From contig CAWKMU010000003.1 in assembly GCA_963850905.1 (NCBI GenBank), positions 3,424,001-3,488,000 on the forward strand: 64,000 nucleotides of DNA. Direction: 5' to 3'. The notes beneath the pieces were generated by a model. That model saw only the letters and a list, made by a program, of their open reading frames with translations. It was not told the origin of the DNA and searched no databases. Both the position numbers and the translations under genes were made by a program. Shown in pieces: positions 54,171 to 63,007 of the stretch (its first letter is position 1; each line of letters begins with the position of its first letter). Origin of the DNA: an uncultured Gemmatimonadales bacterium (GTDB taxonomy: Bacteria; Gemmatimonadota; Gemmatimonadetes; Gemmatimonadales; Gemmatimonadaceae).

Positions 54171-55736
54171 ATGAGTGCTGTGGGAGACCCGATCGCCGCG
54201 ATGGCCGGCCGACAGCTGGACGAGCGGTGGGGAGCGCTGAGGCCGACCCGCGAATCGACGGTCGCCCTGGTGGTGGACGACTCACCTGGCAACCGCTACG
54301 CGGTCGCGCACACACTGCGCTTGGCTGGCCTGCAGGTGGTGGAAGGGGTGACTGGCCACGACGCACTGCGCCTCGTCGCGCACGAGCCGGACCTGATAGT
54401 GCTCGCCGTGAATCTGCCGGACATGAGCGCCAACGACGTCGTGCGCACCTTGAAGGGCAGTCCCGCAACCGCGTCGATTCCAGTGGTGCACGTGTCCGCG
54501 ACCTACATGCGTAACGTCGACAAAGCCGCGGGGCTCGAGGCGGGCGCGGACGCGTTCCTGACGCATCCCATCGATCCGGTCATTTTCCTGGCGACGATCC
54601 GCGCGCTGCTCCGAGCGGCGCGCGCCGAAGCACGCGTGCGAGACGTGGCCAACGAGTGGGTGCTGACGTTCGATGGCATCGCCGATGCCATTTTTCTGCT
54701 CGACGAGAGCGGCATTGTCGTTCGGAGCAACCGCGCGGGTGCGGCCCTCGTGGGGCTGCAGTCAAGAGATCTGATCGGGCAGTCGCTGGCCGCCGCGATC
54801 GAGCGGCGGTTCGGCGACGCCAGTCGAGACGCGATCACCCGGGTCGTGGAACAGGCGCCCGTGCAAGGACGTGAGGTACAAGTGGGCGAGCGGTGGTTCC
54901 TCGCGGCCGCCGATGACGTCCTCCTCGTGTCACAGCAGAGACGTATCACCGTCGCACTGACCGACATCCACGCCCGAAAAGCCGCGGAGCTCGAGCGTGA
55001 ACAGCTCATGTACGAAGCTGAGATCGCGCGGTACGCGGCCGAGCGCGCGAGTCGTGCCAAGACCGTGTTCCTCAGCGCGATCAGCCATGAGCTGCGGACG
55101 CCACTCAATGCGATCATGGGATACGCGGCCCTGCTTGCGGACGGGCTGCGCGGACCCGTCACCCCGCAGCAGAAAACGGATCTCACGCGCGTGGAGCGCG
55201 CTGCCGGTTACGTCACGCGCGTGGTCAACGACCTCCTCGACCTGGCACGTCTGGAATCCACGGACACCGCCATCGGCCGTGAGGTCGTCGATGTCGAGGA
55301 GTGCGTCGCGGCGGCCGCTGGGCTCGTGGCGCCGCAAGCGAACGCGAAAGGTCTCACTGTGACGGTCGCCGGTAGCGTGGAGAGTTTCACCTGTACGGGT
55401 GACCGCGACCGCATTTTACAGGTGCTGCTCAATCTCTTGTCGAACGCGATCAAATTCACCGCAGGGCCGGGGGAAATCTCGGTGTCGGGTGAGCGCGGCC
55501 AGGACAAGACCTCGATTTCGGTCCGCGACACCGGCCGCGGCATCGCGTCTGACCGGCACGAGGCGATTTTCCGCCCCTTTGTACAAGTGGGGTCGCGAAC
55601 GAACGACGCTGAGACGGGGGTGGGGCTCGGCCTTGCCATCAGCCGCGAGCTCGCGCGCAAGATGGGTGGGGACCTGACCGTTCAGAGTGCGCTTGGAGTC
55701 GGCTCAACCTTCACGCTGACGCTGCCCTCGGGCTGA
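54171..55736 (+). CDS. Hybrid sensor histidine kinase (receiver-PAS-HisKA-HATPase)
   Basis: LVVDD receiver, PAS-like DAIFLLD...RSNRA, SHELRTPLN, NLLSNAIKFT, DTGRGI, GVGLGLAI. Confidence 0.92.
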   Translation: MSAVGDPIAAMAGRQLDERWGALRPTRESTVALVVDDSPGNRYAVAHTLRLAGLQVVEGVTGHDALRLVAHEPDLIVLAVNLPDMSANDVVRTLKGSPATASIPVVHVSATYMRNVDKAAGLEAGADAFLTHPIDPVIFLATIRALLRAARAEARVRDVANEWVLTFDGIADAIFLLDESGIVVRSNRAGAALVGLQSRDLIGQSLAAAIERRFGDASRDAITRVVEQAPVQGREVQVGERWFLAAADDVLLVSQQRRITVALTDIHARKAAELEREQLMYEAEIARYAAERASRAKTVFLSAISHELRTPLNAIMGYAALLADGLRGPVTPQQKTDLTRVERAAGYVTRVVNDLLDLARLESTDTAIGREVVDVEECVAAAAGLVAPQANAKGLTVTVAGSVESFTCTGDRDRILQVLLNLLSNAIKFTAGPGEISVSGERGQDKTSISVRDTGRGIASDRHEAIFRPFVQVGSRTNDAETGVGLGLAISRELARKMGGDLTVQSALGVGSTFTLTLPSG

Positions 55737-55831
55737 TTTGCGCGGTCATTGCCTCGACCGCGACGCCATCACGGGCACCGGCGGCGCCGCGATGCCGGCA
55801 CCCAGCGCGACCCACAGCCTTGCTGTCATGA

Positions 55832-55896
55832 GTAGGGCGACGCTTGCGTCGCCCGTTGTTGTCGTTGCCGTCGTCGTTCCAAACCCCAGACCCCGC
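55832..55896 (+). repeat. GTAG-type REP with GTTGTT tail and C-rich heptamers
   Basis: GTAGGGCGACGCTTGCGTCGCCC (55832-54), then GTTGTTGTCGTTGCCGTCGTCGTTCC AAACCCCAGACCCC. Confidence 0.82.
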
Positions 55897-55907
55897 CGTC
55901 GACGTGG

Positions 55908-56747
55908 TTACGCCGGGACTGCCCCCGGCAGCGCGACGCCCAGCTCCTTGGCCATGAGCTCGAGGTCCAGCCCTTCTTTGCGGATGCGCAGGTCGAAGTA
56001 CAGGACCGTCGCCACGACCGTAAAGAATGGATAAATGATGATCCTCGCGAGATTGTCCGCGACCACCGTCGCCTGCGGCCCCGCGTGGACCACTGAGATC
56101 AGCGAGCTGAAAACGAGACCCACGACAAAGGCCGCCACCATGATGATGAGGCCCGTGATGAAGAGCGTCCCAAGCACCCGCAACACGGACCCCTTGGCGA
56201 GAAAATGCCCGCGGCCCAAGGCTTCGAGCGGATTCTTCCCCTCGACCATCACAATGTTGACGGCCGAGAAGAACCAGGCGATGCAGAAAAAGCCGGGAAT
56301 GAGGAAGAAGACGAAGCCGATACCGATGAGGATACCTTGCACCACTCCGGTGATGATGACTGCCCAGAACCGACTGAGGGCCCGGGACAGCGCGCCCGCG
56401 ATTGTCACCTCGCGGCCCAGGTAGTTGTCCGACACGATCACGACCGTCGTCGCTGACGCAAGCCCTCCGAACACGAACGCGATCGCGGTGGACAGTATGG
56501 CCCACTGGAACAGGCCCGTCGTATACGCACTTGCCGGTGCGACGGTCAACGCATTCGTCCCGAACGGATTGGTCGCGATGCTGGGTTGGACCCCCATCTG
56601 CGGAGCAATGAGCTCGTTCGCAATGAAGAGCGGGACCGTGAACAACGCGGTGGCCGTCACCAACTCGAGGTAGTTTTGCCGCAACAGGCTGACGGCCGCA
56701 TCAATGATTTCGGTCGTTGACCGGGGGCGCAGGGCGACAGGCGGCAC
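55908..56747 (-). CDS. Integral membrane protein (GPDPase-membrane-domain-like)
   Basis: LRPRSTTEIIDAA, ~6 TM helices, LYFDLRIRKEGLDL. Confidence 0.75.
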   Translation of the reverse strand: MPPVALRPRSTTEIIDAAVSLLRQNYLELVTATALFTVPLFIANELIAPQMGVQPSIATNPFGTNALTVAPASAYTTGLFQWAILSTAIAFVFGGLASATTVVIVSDNYLGREVTIAGALSRALSRFWAVIITGVVQGILIGIGFVFFLIPGFFCIAWFFSAVNIVMVEGKNPLEALGRGHFLAKGSVLRVLGTLFITGLIIMVAAFVVGLVFSSLISVVHAGPQATVVADNLARIIIYPFFTVVATVLYFDLRIRKEGLDLELMAKELGVALPGAVPA

Positions 56748-56888
56748 GGAACACTCCAGGTGAAAGTGGCCTTCCGGGAGACGATCAGCGCGGCGCTAAT
56801 GTACCGTCGCCCGGCCGGATTCGCGATGCTGAGCTCGCTAGCCCGGCCGCGCAGCCCGCCGGCCATTCATGCTGGACCAACGGCGGGT

Positions 56889-58154
56889 CTACGTCACCTC
56901 GAGCGCGACCGACGGAGCCAGGTGCTCGAACTCGACGTGCTCGCCAGCAGCTTTGCCGATCGCCGGGAACAACCGTGCGGACAGCGGCTTGTGCAGGCGA
57001 CTCGCCATCGTGGCGACGTCCTCGAGCACTTTGGCGATGCGCGGGGCCGGTGTGTCACCCGCGATAGGGACTGTGTCCAACCCTGTGCCACACACGGACG
57101 AGTAAAGCAAGAGCTCCCGGACGCCGTAGCGGCCTTCGCTTGCTCGCGTGGCAAGCACCGGGTCCTCGAGCACGGGCAGCATGAGCCCCGAGTATCCACA
57201 CGTCCGGACGCGCAGTGATTTGATCGCCGCCGTGACAGCAGCGCAGGCTTGCAGCGTCGACGCGCCGCCGAATGGCACTCCGGTTAGTGTCTCGATCGCT
57301 GAGCCAATGCTCGCGTCGGTGCTTGGCGCCGGGGACGAGTCGATCCCGAGATACTCGAAGCCGGTTTCGCGCGCGACAGCGAGTGCCGCCGTTTCCAGGG
57401 GCGCATACAGAGTGGACATGGAGTCGCGGAGGCGCGACTCGCCAACCGCCGCGTCTCCGGCACCGTCGAACGCATCATGCACGAGGAGCGCCGACTCGAG
57501 GCCAATCGAGAATGACGGCGGCCCGTCGTGGTAGCCACCTGGAAAGAACGGCGAGCCGGGCGGCATGTTGGCGATGGCAGTGAACCGGAAGTTCGACGAT
57601 CCGCCGGGATTCGACCGCGCGAGCGCAAGAATGATCTCGCTCGCGGTCTTCGCGCTCTGGCGGCAGACGGGCAGATCCGGGGTCGCGATCATCGCGCTGA
57701 AATTGATTCGCTGCGTCGTGCGCGTGAACTCCACCAGCCAGTCCGCCAGGCTCGGATCGTACCGGTCGCCCGTGAGGACCGGACCCACACAGAGGCCGAC
57801 CTTCTCCTGCGTCGCCACGCGGTCGATCGCCTGCAGATCGTCCAGGACTCTGGCGCGCGCCGCGGCCGGTGCGTCCGCGACAAACGGCGATGTGGTTACG
57901 CGAACCCCCTCGACCTGAAAGCCGGCCGCTTCGATGCGGGCGCGAGCCGACCGGAGCATCGCAATGGCGCGACTAATGGCTTCCGGTGACGTGCCGTCGG
58001 TCGTGACGCCCGCCGTGATCGTGCGCACCTTGAACCGTGCTGGCGCGTCGTCGACAGACCACCGACGCAACACACGGAGGAGCGACGGACCCGTGGGGAG
58101 GATTGCGGCCGCACCAAGGGCCGTGATGAACTCTCGCCTGCTGTGATCCGGCAT
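56889..58154 (-). CDS. DUF711 family protein with twin-arginine signal
   Basis: SRREFI Tat motif, KVRTITAG, PFFPGGYH, GYSGLMLPVLED, SSVCGTGLDTVP, KPLSARLFP. Confidence 0.82.
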   Translation of the reverse strand: MPDHSRREFITALGAAAILPTGPSLLRVLRRWSVDDAPARFKVRTITAGVTTDGTSPEAISRAIAMLRSARARIEAAGFQVEGVRVTTSPFVADAPAAARARVLDDLQAIDRVATQEKVGLCVGPVLTGDRYDPSLADWLVEFTRTTQRINFSAMIATPDLPVCRQSAKTASEIILALARSNPGGSSNFRFTAIANMPPGSPFFPGGYHDGPPSFSIGLESALLVHDAFDGAGDAAVGESRLRDSMSTLYAPLETAALAVARETGFEYLGIDSSPAPSTDASIGSAIETLTGVPFGGASTLQACAAVTAAIKSLRVRTCGYSGLMLPVLEDPVLATRASEGRYGVRELLLYSSVCGTGLDTVPIAGDTPAPRIAKVLEDVATMASRLHKPLSARLFPAIGKAAGEHVEFEHLAPSVALEVT

Positions 58155-58217
58155 CGATTGGCCCCTCTCGGTTCTCGGTAGTCGCGCGAGCTACGCTACG
58201 TCAGGCAGGCCGTGCGA

Positions 58218-58670
58218 TCAAGGTTGCGACTCATCGCGGCCACGCACCCCGCTACTGCGCCCTCGGGCGGCATAGTCCGCAATCACGCTTCGCACGAGCC
58301 GATTCCACCCCGGGAATGCCCGTTCGAGCCCGAGGACGGGCCAGCCGAACGCGTCAGACACGCCCAGCGCGACCCCAGGAGACCGACTGACCCCCGCGCC
58401 GCAGTGCACGACGATGCGGTCGACCTGCGGCCACCGCTCGACGAATTGCATGATCTCCCCAGCGTGCTCCGGGCCAAACAGCACATCGCTGGGCGCCGGG
58501 TCGGCGACGATATCGTTGAATGCCAGACGAAGGACGGCAACGAAGGCGGGAGAGAGATCGGCAGGCGTTGCCGCAGGATCACCAATCGAAATGCATGCCT
58601 CGACCTCGCGCGGCTCGTAGTGTTCCGCCTCCTCACGCGAGAGTACATGCAATCTGACCGGGCGAGGCAT
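58218..58670 (-). CDS. Cys-dependent protein-tyrosine/dual-specificity phosphatase-like protein
   Basis: VHCGAGVSRS (HCx5R), ISIGDP. Confidence 0.8.
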   Translation of the reverse strand: MPRPVRLHVLSREEAEHYEPREVEACISIGDPAATPADLSPAFVAVLRLAFNDIVADPAPSDVLFGPEHAGEIMQFVERWPQVDRIVVHCGAGVSRSPGVALGVSDAFGWPVLGLERAFPGWNRLVRSVIADYAARGRSSGVRGRDESQP

Positions 58671-58676
58671 GGGTCG

Positions 58677-59849
58677 TTATGAGGCGCCCGCACCGGCGGT
58701 CAGGCGACCTCGGAGCGCATCATCGGTCGCCAGATCGATGCAGGTCCAAGCCATCGCGAGCGCACCGTCCACGAGCGCCTTGTCGGCGTCCGGGGTGATG
58801 CAGTGAGCGGCGAATTCCGGCTGGTGATTGACGGCCGGCAGCGAATTGATGCCGATCATCGGGTGGATCGACGGGATGGCCAGAGAAACGTTGCCCATGT
58901 CCGTCGACCCCGTCGGCCGTGTCTCCCACTCGCCGAGGTTGGGGAACGGCCGCCCCAGCGCCTCCGAGTTCTGGCGATAGCGCACCGCCAGCGCCTCGTC
59001 GTGGCGCATTTCCGCGTACGGCTTGTCGCCGCCGGTAACGCTCAGCTTCGCCCCCGTCGCGAGGCCGCCGGCTTCGAAGCAGCGGTGTACCTTGGGGCGC
59101 AGTTCCTCGAGCTGGGCCAGCGTCTCCGAGCGGATGATGTACTTGGCGGATGTGTGCGCGGGGATGACGTTCGGCGCGGCGCCGCCGTTGGTGACGATGC
59201 CGTGGATCCGGTCCGTTGCGCGAATGTGTTGGCGCAGCAGCCCCAAGGCCGTTTGAGCGAGGGTCAACGCATCGGCCGCATTGATGCCGAGCTCCGGGAA
59301 TGCCGAGGCATGTGATTCCTTTCCGGTGTAGTGCACCTCGAACATCGACGCGGCGATGATCTTCGACCGGAGCATGTCGAACGGCGCCGGGTGCACCATC
59401 ATCGCCGCGTGGATGCCGTCGAACCCCCCGCGCTCCAACATCAGGATCTTCCCACTGGCGTTCCCGACCTCCTCGGCTGGCGTGCCGATGACCGTGACCG
59501 TGAGGCCGACATCATCTGCGACCGTGGCGGCGGCCACCGCCGCACCGACTGCCGAGGCGGCGATGACATTGTGCCCACATGCGTGGCCGATCCCTGGCAG
59601 ACAGTCATACTCGGCGCAAATCCCGACGTGCAGCGGACCGGAGCCCGCCGTCGCACGGAAGGCCGTCGGCAGGTCGCAGATGCCCTGCTCTACCCGAAAT
59701 CCTGCGTCGGCCAGCGATTCGCACAGCCACGACGCCGCCTGCACTTCCTCGAACCCCATTTCGGGGTGCGCGTGTATCCGGTGGCTGAGCGCCACGAGTT
59801 GGTCCTGTCGGGATTCGAATCGGGCACGCGCTGCGGACTTCACATCCAT
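58677..59849 (-). CDS. M20 family amidohydrolase
   Basis: HPEMGFEE, EYDCL, HACGHN, GTPAEE, GSTDMGNVS. Confidence 0.9.
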   Translation of the reverse strand: MDVKSAARARFESRQDQLVALSHRIHAHPEMGFEEVQAASWLCESLADAGFRVEQGICDLPTAFRATAGSGPLHVGICAEYDCLPGIGHACGHNVIAASAVGAAVAAATVADDVGLTVTVIGTPAEEVGNASGKILMLERGGFDGIHAAMMVHPAPFDMLRSKIIAASMFEVHYTGKESHASAFPELGINAADALTLAQTALGLLRQHIRATDRIHGIVTNGGAAPNVIPAHTSAKYIIRSETLAQLEELRPKVHRCFEAGGLATGAKLSVTGGDKPYAEMRHDEALAVRYRQNSEALGRPFPNLGEWETRPTGSTDMGNVSLAIPSIHPMIGINSLPAVNHQPEFAAHCITPDADKALVDGALAMAWTCIDLATDDALRGRLTAGAGAS

Positions 59850-59990
59850 GTCGTCGTTCCTCGCGGCTGTCGCGGCAATGCCAACGCCCACGCTTCCGGC
59901 GCGGGCGGCGACCTGTTCCGCCGCGCCCGTGCCATCCCCTATTGACCCCGCGCTAAGCTACCGCCGGGACATGACAGACGCGATTCGTTT

Positions 59991-60013
59991 CTAACGTCCA
60001 ACGTCCAACGTCC
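59991..60013 (+). repeat. Heptamer tandem array (AACGTCC x3)
   Basis: CT AACGTCC AACGTCC AACGTCC. Confidence 0.75.
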
Positions 60014-60020
60014 ATCCAAT

Positions 60021-61583
60021 GTGGACGCTCACCCGCACCAACCGGACGAAACGACCCTGGCTACTCAAGTCGCTCCCGTCGAGACCGCGCATCAGCGATC
60101 AGTAAGTATCCGGCCATCCCTCGTCTCGCTGGCGATCGGGCTCGGTATCGTACTGCGCGTGGTGCAGTACCTTGGCGATCGCTCCCTGTGGCTGGACGAG
60201 GTGTTCCTCAGCTACAACATCTTGGGCCGCTCCGCCGGCGAGCTCGCTCGGCTGCCGCTCAAGTACGGTCAGATCGCGCCACTCGGATTCCTGGAGCTCG
60301 AGCGATGGGCCGCAGCGACCTTTGGTCCTGACGAACGCGCGCTGCGACTCTGGCCACTCCTCGCTGGCATCGCTGCGCTCGTACTGTTTGCTCGCCTCGC
60401 GCAACGTCTGGTTCCCTCTCTTGCCGCGGGAGCCGTGGCGTTGTTCGCGGTGGCACCGCCCCTTGTGTACTACTCGGCAGAGGTCAAGCCGTACGCGTTC
60501 GATGTGTTGACGGCGGTGGCCCTTCCCCTCGTCGCGCTGGCGATTGTCGACGCACCGGTCGCTCGCCGTCGCTGGGTAGCGCTGGCAGTCGGCGGTACCG
60601 TGGCGTCGTGGCTATCGGTGACTGCCGTGTTCTCCCTGGCCGCAGTTGCAGTCGTGGCGGTCGCACACGCTTGGTTGCAGCGCCGGCACGATCGGTGGTG
60701 GCTCGTCGGCCTAGGCGCGATCTGGATGGCGAGCTGCCTGGCCGCGTTACTCAATGCCCGGCGCCGCGTGGAAGGGTTCACTCTTGCCTACATGCACCAA
60801 TACTGGGCAGCGTCCTTCTTCCCGGTACCCCCGCGATCGTTGCACGAAGCCTCCTGGCTCGTTCGCTTCGGGCGCGATGCGTGCGAGTGGCTCTTTGCCG
60901 TGCCCGCACCCCTCATCGTCGCCGCGTGCGTCGCAGTCGGCGTCTGGGTGCTGGTACGGCGCGATCGCTGGGGCGGCTTGGCCGTCGTACTGCCACTCAT
61001 GTTCGCCCTTGGCGCCTCGGCACTGCACCAGTATCCCCTGGAAGGCAGGCTGGCGCTGTTCCTCGCCCCGATGACCGTGCTTGCGACCGCGTCTGCGCTG
61101 AGCCTGCTCATTCGTCTACCACGCGTCGGGCTTGGCGCCGCGGCAACGGCATGCCTCCTCCTCACCGTCCGTCCCGTGTTGGCCTTTGCGCACAACCCCA
61201 GGGCCGCCCACGAGGACCTCCGTCCGGTGGTGGCTCAACTGGCGACGCGACGGGAGGCAGGCAATGTGATCTACGTGTACTGCGCGACGGAGGCGCCCTT
61301 TGGCTTGTACGCCGCGCTGTACGGCATCCCATCAGTCGCCACCGACCGTGGCGGCTGCGACCGCGCGCACTTCGATCGCTACCGCGGCCGCCGCCGCGTG
61401 TGGGTCGTGGCATCGGAGTACACGTGGGTATCGACACACGAATCCCCGCGGTCGTTCGCGAAGTACGTGGCCACGCTGGGCGTGCCGACGGACTCGATAG
61501 TGGCAACGGGCGCGTGGGCCCGCCTCTACGACCTCACGCAGCCGGCGACGCACGCAATGCCGGGGGACGGACCGAACCCGTAG
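60021..61583 (+). CDS. GT-C (family 39/83-like) membrane glycosyltransferase
   Basis: RSLWLDE, PLGF, ALRLWP, YYSAEVKPY, many TM helices. Confidence 0.8.
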   Translation: MDAHPHQPDETTLATQVAPVETAHQRSVSIRPSLVSLAIGLGIVLRVVQYLGDRSLWLDEVFLSYNILGRSAGELARLPLKYGQIAPLGFLELERWAAATFGPDERALRLWPLLAGIAALVLFARLAQRLVPSLAAGAVALFAVAPPLVYYSAEVKPYAFDVLTAVALPLVALAIVDAPVARRRWVALAVGGTVASWLSVTAVFSLAAVAVVAVAHAWLQRRHDRWWLVGLGAIWMASCLAALLNARRRVEGFTLAYMHQYWAASFFPVPPRSLHEASWLVRFGRDACEWLFAVPAPLIVAACVAVGVWVLVRRDRWGGLAVVLPLMFALGASALHQYPLEGRLALFLAPMTVLATASALSLLIRLPRVGLGAAATACLLLTVRPVLAFAHNPRAAHEDLRPVVAQLATRREAGNVIYVYCATEAPFGLYAALYGIPSVATDRGGCDRAHFDRYRGRRRVWVVASEYTWVSTHESPRSFAKYVATLGVPTDSIVATGAWARLYDLTQPATHAMPGDGPNP

Positions 61584-61584
61584 G

Positions 61585-62772
61585 TCATCGCGCCGGCCAA
61601 CCAGTCTGCGGCAATGCCTTCGTGATTTTGAGCGCGTTCGCGAAATACACCTTTTTGAGCACGGTGTCCGGGAGCGCGATGCCGTACAGCTTCCAAAATG
61701 CATGGTACGGCCGGTAGTAGTCGAAGTACTCGTCCGCCGTTTCGAACACGCGAAAGTAGTACGGATACTCGCTCGGCTGAAACGCATCCTTCCCGAAGAG
61801 AATGCGATCTTGATACCTCACGAAGAAATCGTGTGACGCGCGCGGCTGGCGGCCGATATCGTAGAGCACCGCCCCGACCTCCGTGTACACGTTCGGCATC
61901 GCATCGAGCATCGCGCTGAGCGACGCGAGGTCGTTCGCGTGCCACCCCATGTGCGCGGCCACGAACGTCGTCCGCGGATGCTTGCGGAACATGTTGTCCC
62001 GCTCCGTCATCAGCTCCTCGAAACTGGGAAAGCGATCGCGGGGGTACCGACGTCCCGGGAAGAGTGCCAGCTCCAACCAGCGCTCATTGGAGTAGTCCAA
62101 CGGCTGAAAGAACTCCTGCGGATCCGCCGTATGAATGAAGACGGGAATCCCCAATCGCGCGCACTCGTCCCAGACGGGATCGAGCGCTGGATCGTCGATA
62201 CGTAGTCGCGAACCGTCCCGCTTCCGGGTCGACAACCCGAGGCTCTTTGGGATCTCACCGACGCCGACCGCACCCGCCGCCACGTCGGCATCGAGCTGCT
62301 TGACCGCTCGCTCGGCCCATCCCGGTCCGACGTCGCTGAAGTCGATTCCGGCGAGCACCCGGACCCGATCCTTCATGGCGTCTGACGCACGGATCGCCGC
62401 GAGCGCGCCGCCTAGCTCGCTGCCCGAGAGGTTGTCGGCGGAGATCAGCATGCGCACGTTCAAGCGATCCAGATCGGTCCGCAGCGTTTCGAGGCCTTGC
62501 GCGGACATGATGAGATCCTCGGGATGACCGTGGAAGTCGATCGCCGGGTATTTCGCCGCCTTCACCAGGTGCGCGGCGGTCAGAAGCGTCGATTTCGGCC
62601 GATAGTCGAGAATGCTCGGTGGTGCCTCGCGCGGAGCGACGCAGTTGCCCGGCCTGACTTCGGTCGTTCCCGTGGGGCACGCGCCGCTCGCGGCCGTTTG
62701 GGCACTCACCCGAATCGGTACCGACACCAGCAGAATCGCGATAGAAGCAACGATAGAAGCAGCTGGTGGCAT
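61585..62772 (-). CDS. Secreted amidohydrolase-2 family metallohydrolase
   Basis: Signal peptide, IDFHGH, GVGE, FIHTADP, AAHMG, RILFGKD. Confidence 0.85.
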   Translation of the reverse strand: MPPAASIVASIAILLVSVPIRVSAQTAASGACPTGTTEVRPGNCVAPREAPPSILDYRPKSTLLTAAHLVKAAKYPAIDFHGHPEDLIMSAQGLETLRTDLDRLNVRMLISADNLSGSELGGALAAIRASDAMKDRVRVLAGIDFSDVGPGWAERAVKQLDADVAAGAVGVGEIPKSLGLSTRKRDGSRLRIDDPALDPVWDECARLGIPVFIHTADPQEFFQPLDYSNERWLELALFPGRRYPRDRFPSFEELMTERDNMFRKHPRTTFVAAHMGWHANDLASLSAMLDAMPNVYTEVGAVLYDIGRQPRASHDFFVRYQDRILFGKDAFQPSEYPYYFRVFETADEYFDYYRPYHAFWKLYGIALPDTVLKKVYFANALKITKALPQTGWPAR

Positions 62773-62937
62773 AGTTCAATCGTACGAAGCGGCAGCGTGA
62801 TTCGGCTAGGGCTGGCCGCCCACTACGCTACATCAGCACCGGCAGTCGTTCGTGGTGACGCACTCGAGAGGAGACTGCCGGAGGTCAGGGACCAAACCAT
62901 AACGCGGCCGCGCGCACCCCTGGCCAGCCTTGGACCG

Positions 62938-62962
62938 GTAGGGGCGACGCATTGCGTCGCCC
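62938..62962 (+). repeat. GTAG-type REP palindrome
   Basis: GTAGGGGCGACGCATTGCGTCGCCC. Confidence 0.85.
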
Positions 62963-63007
62963 TGCGATCCGGCAAACGAAGCCCGATTCGGGGGGACCCC
63001 GACCGGG

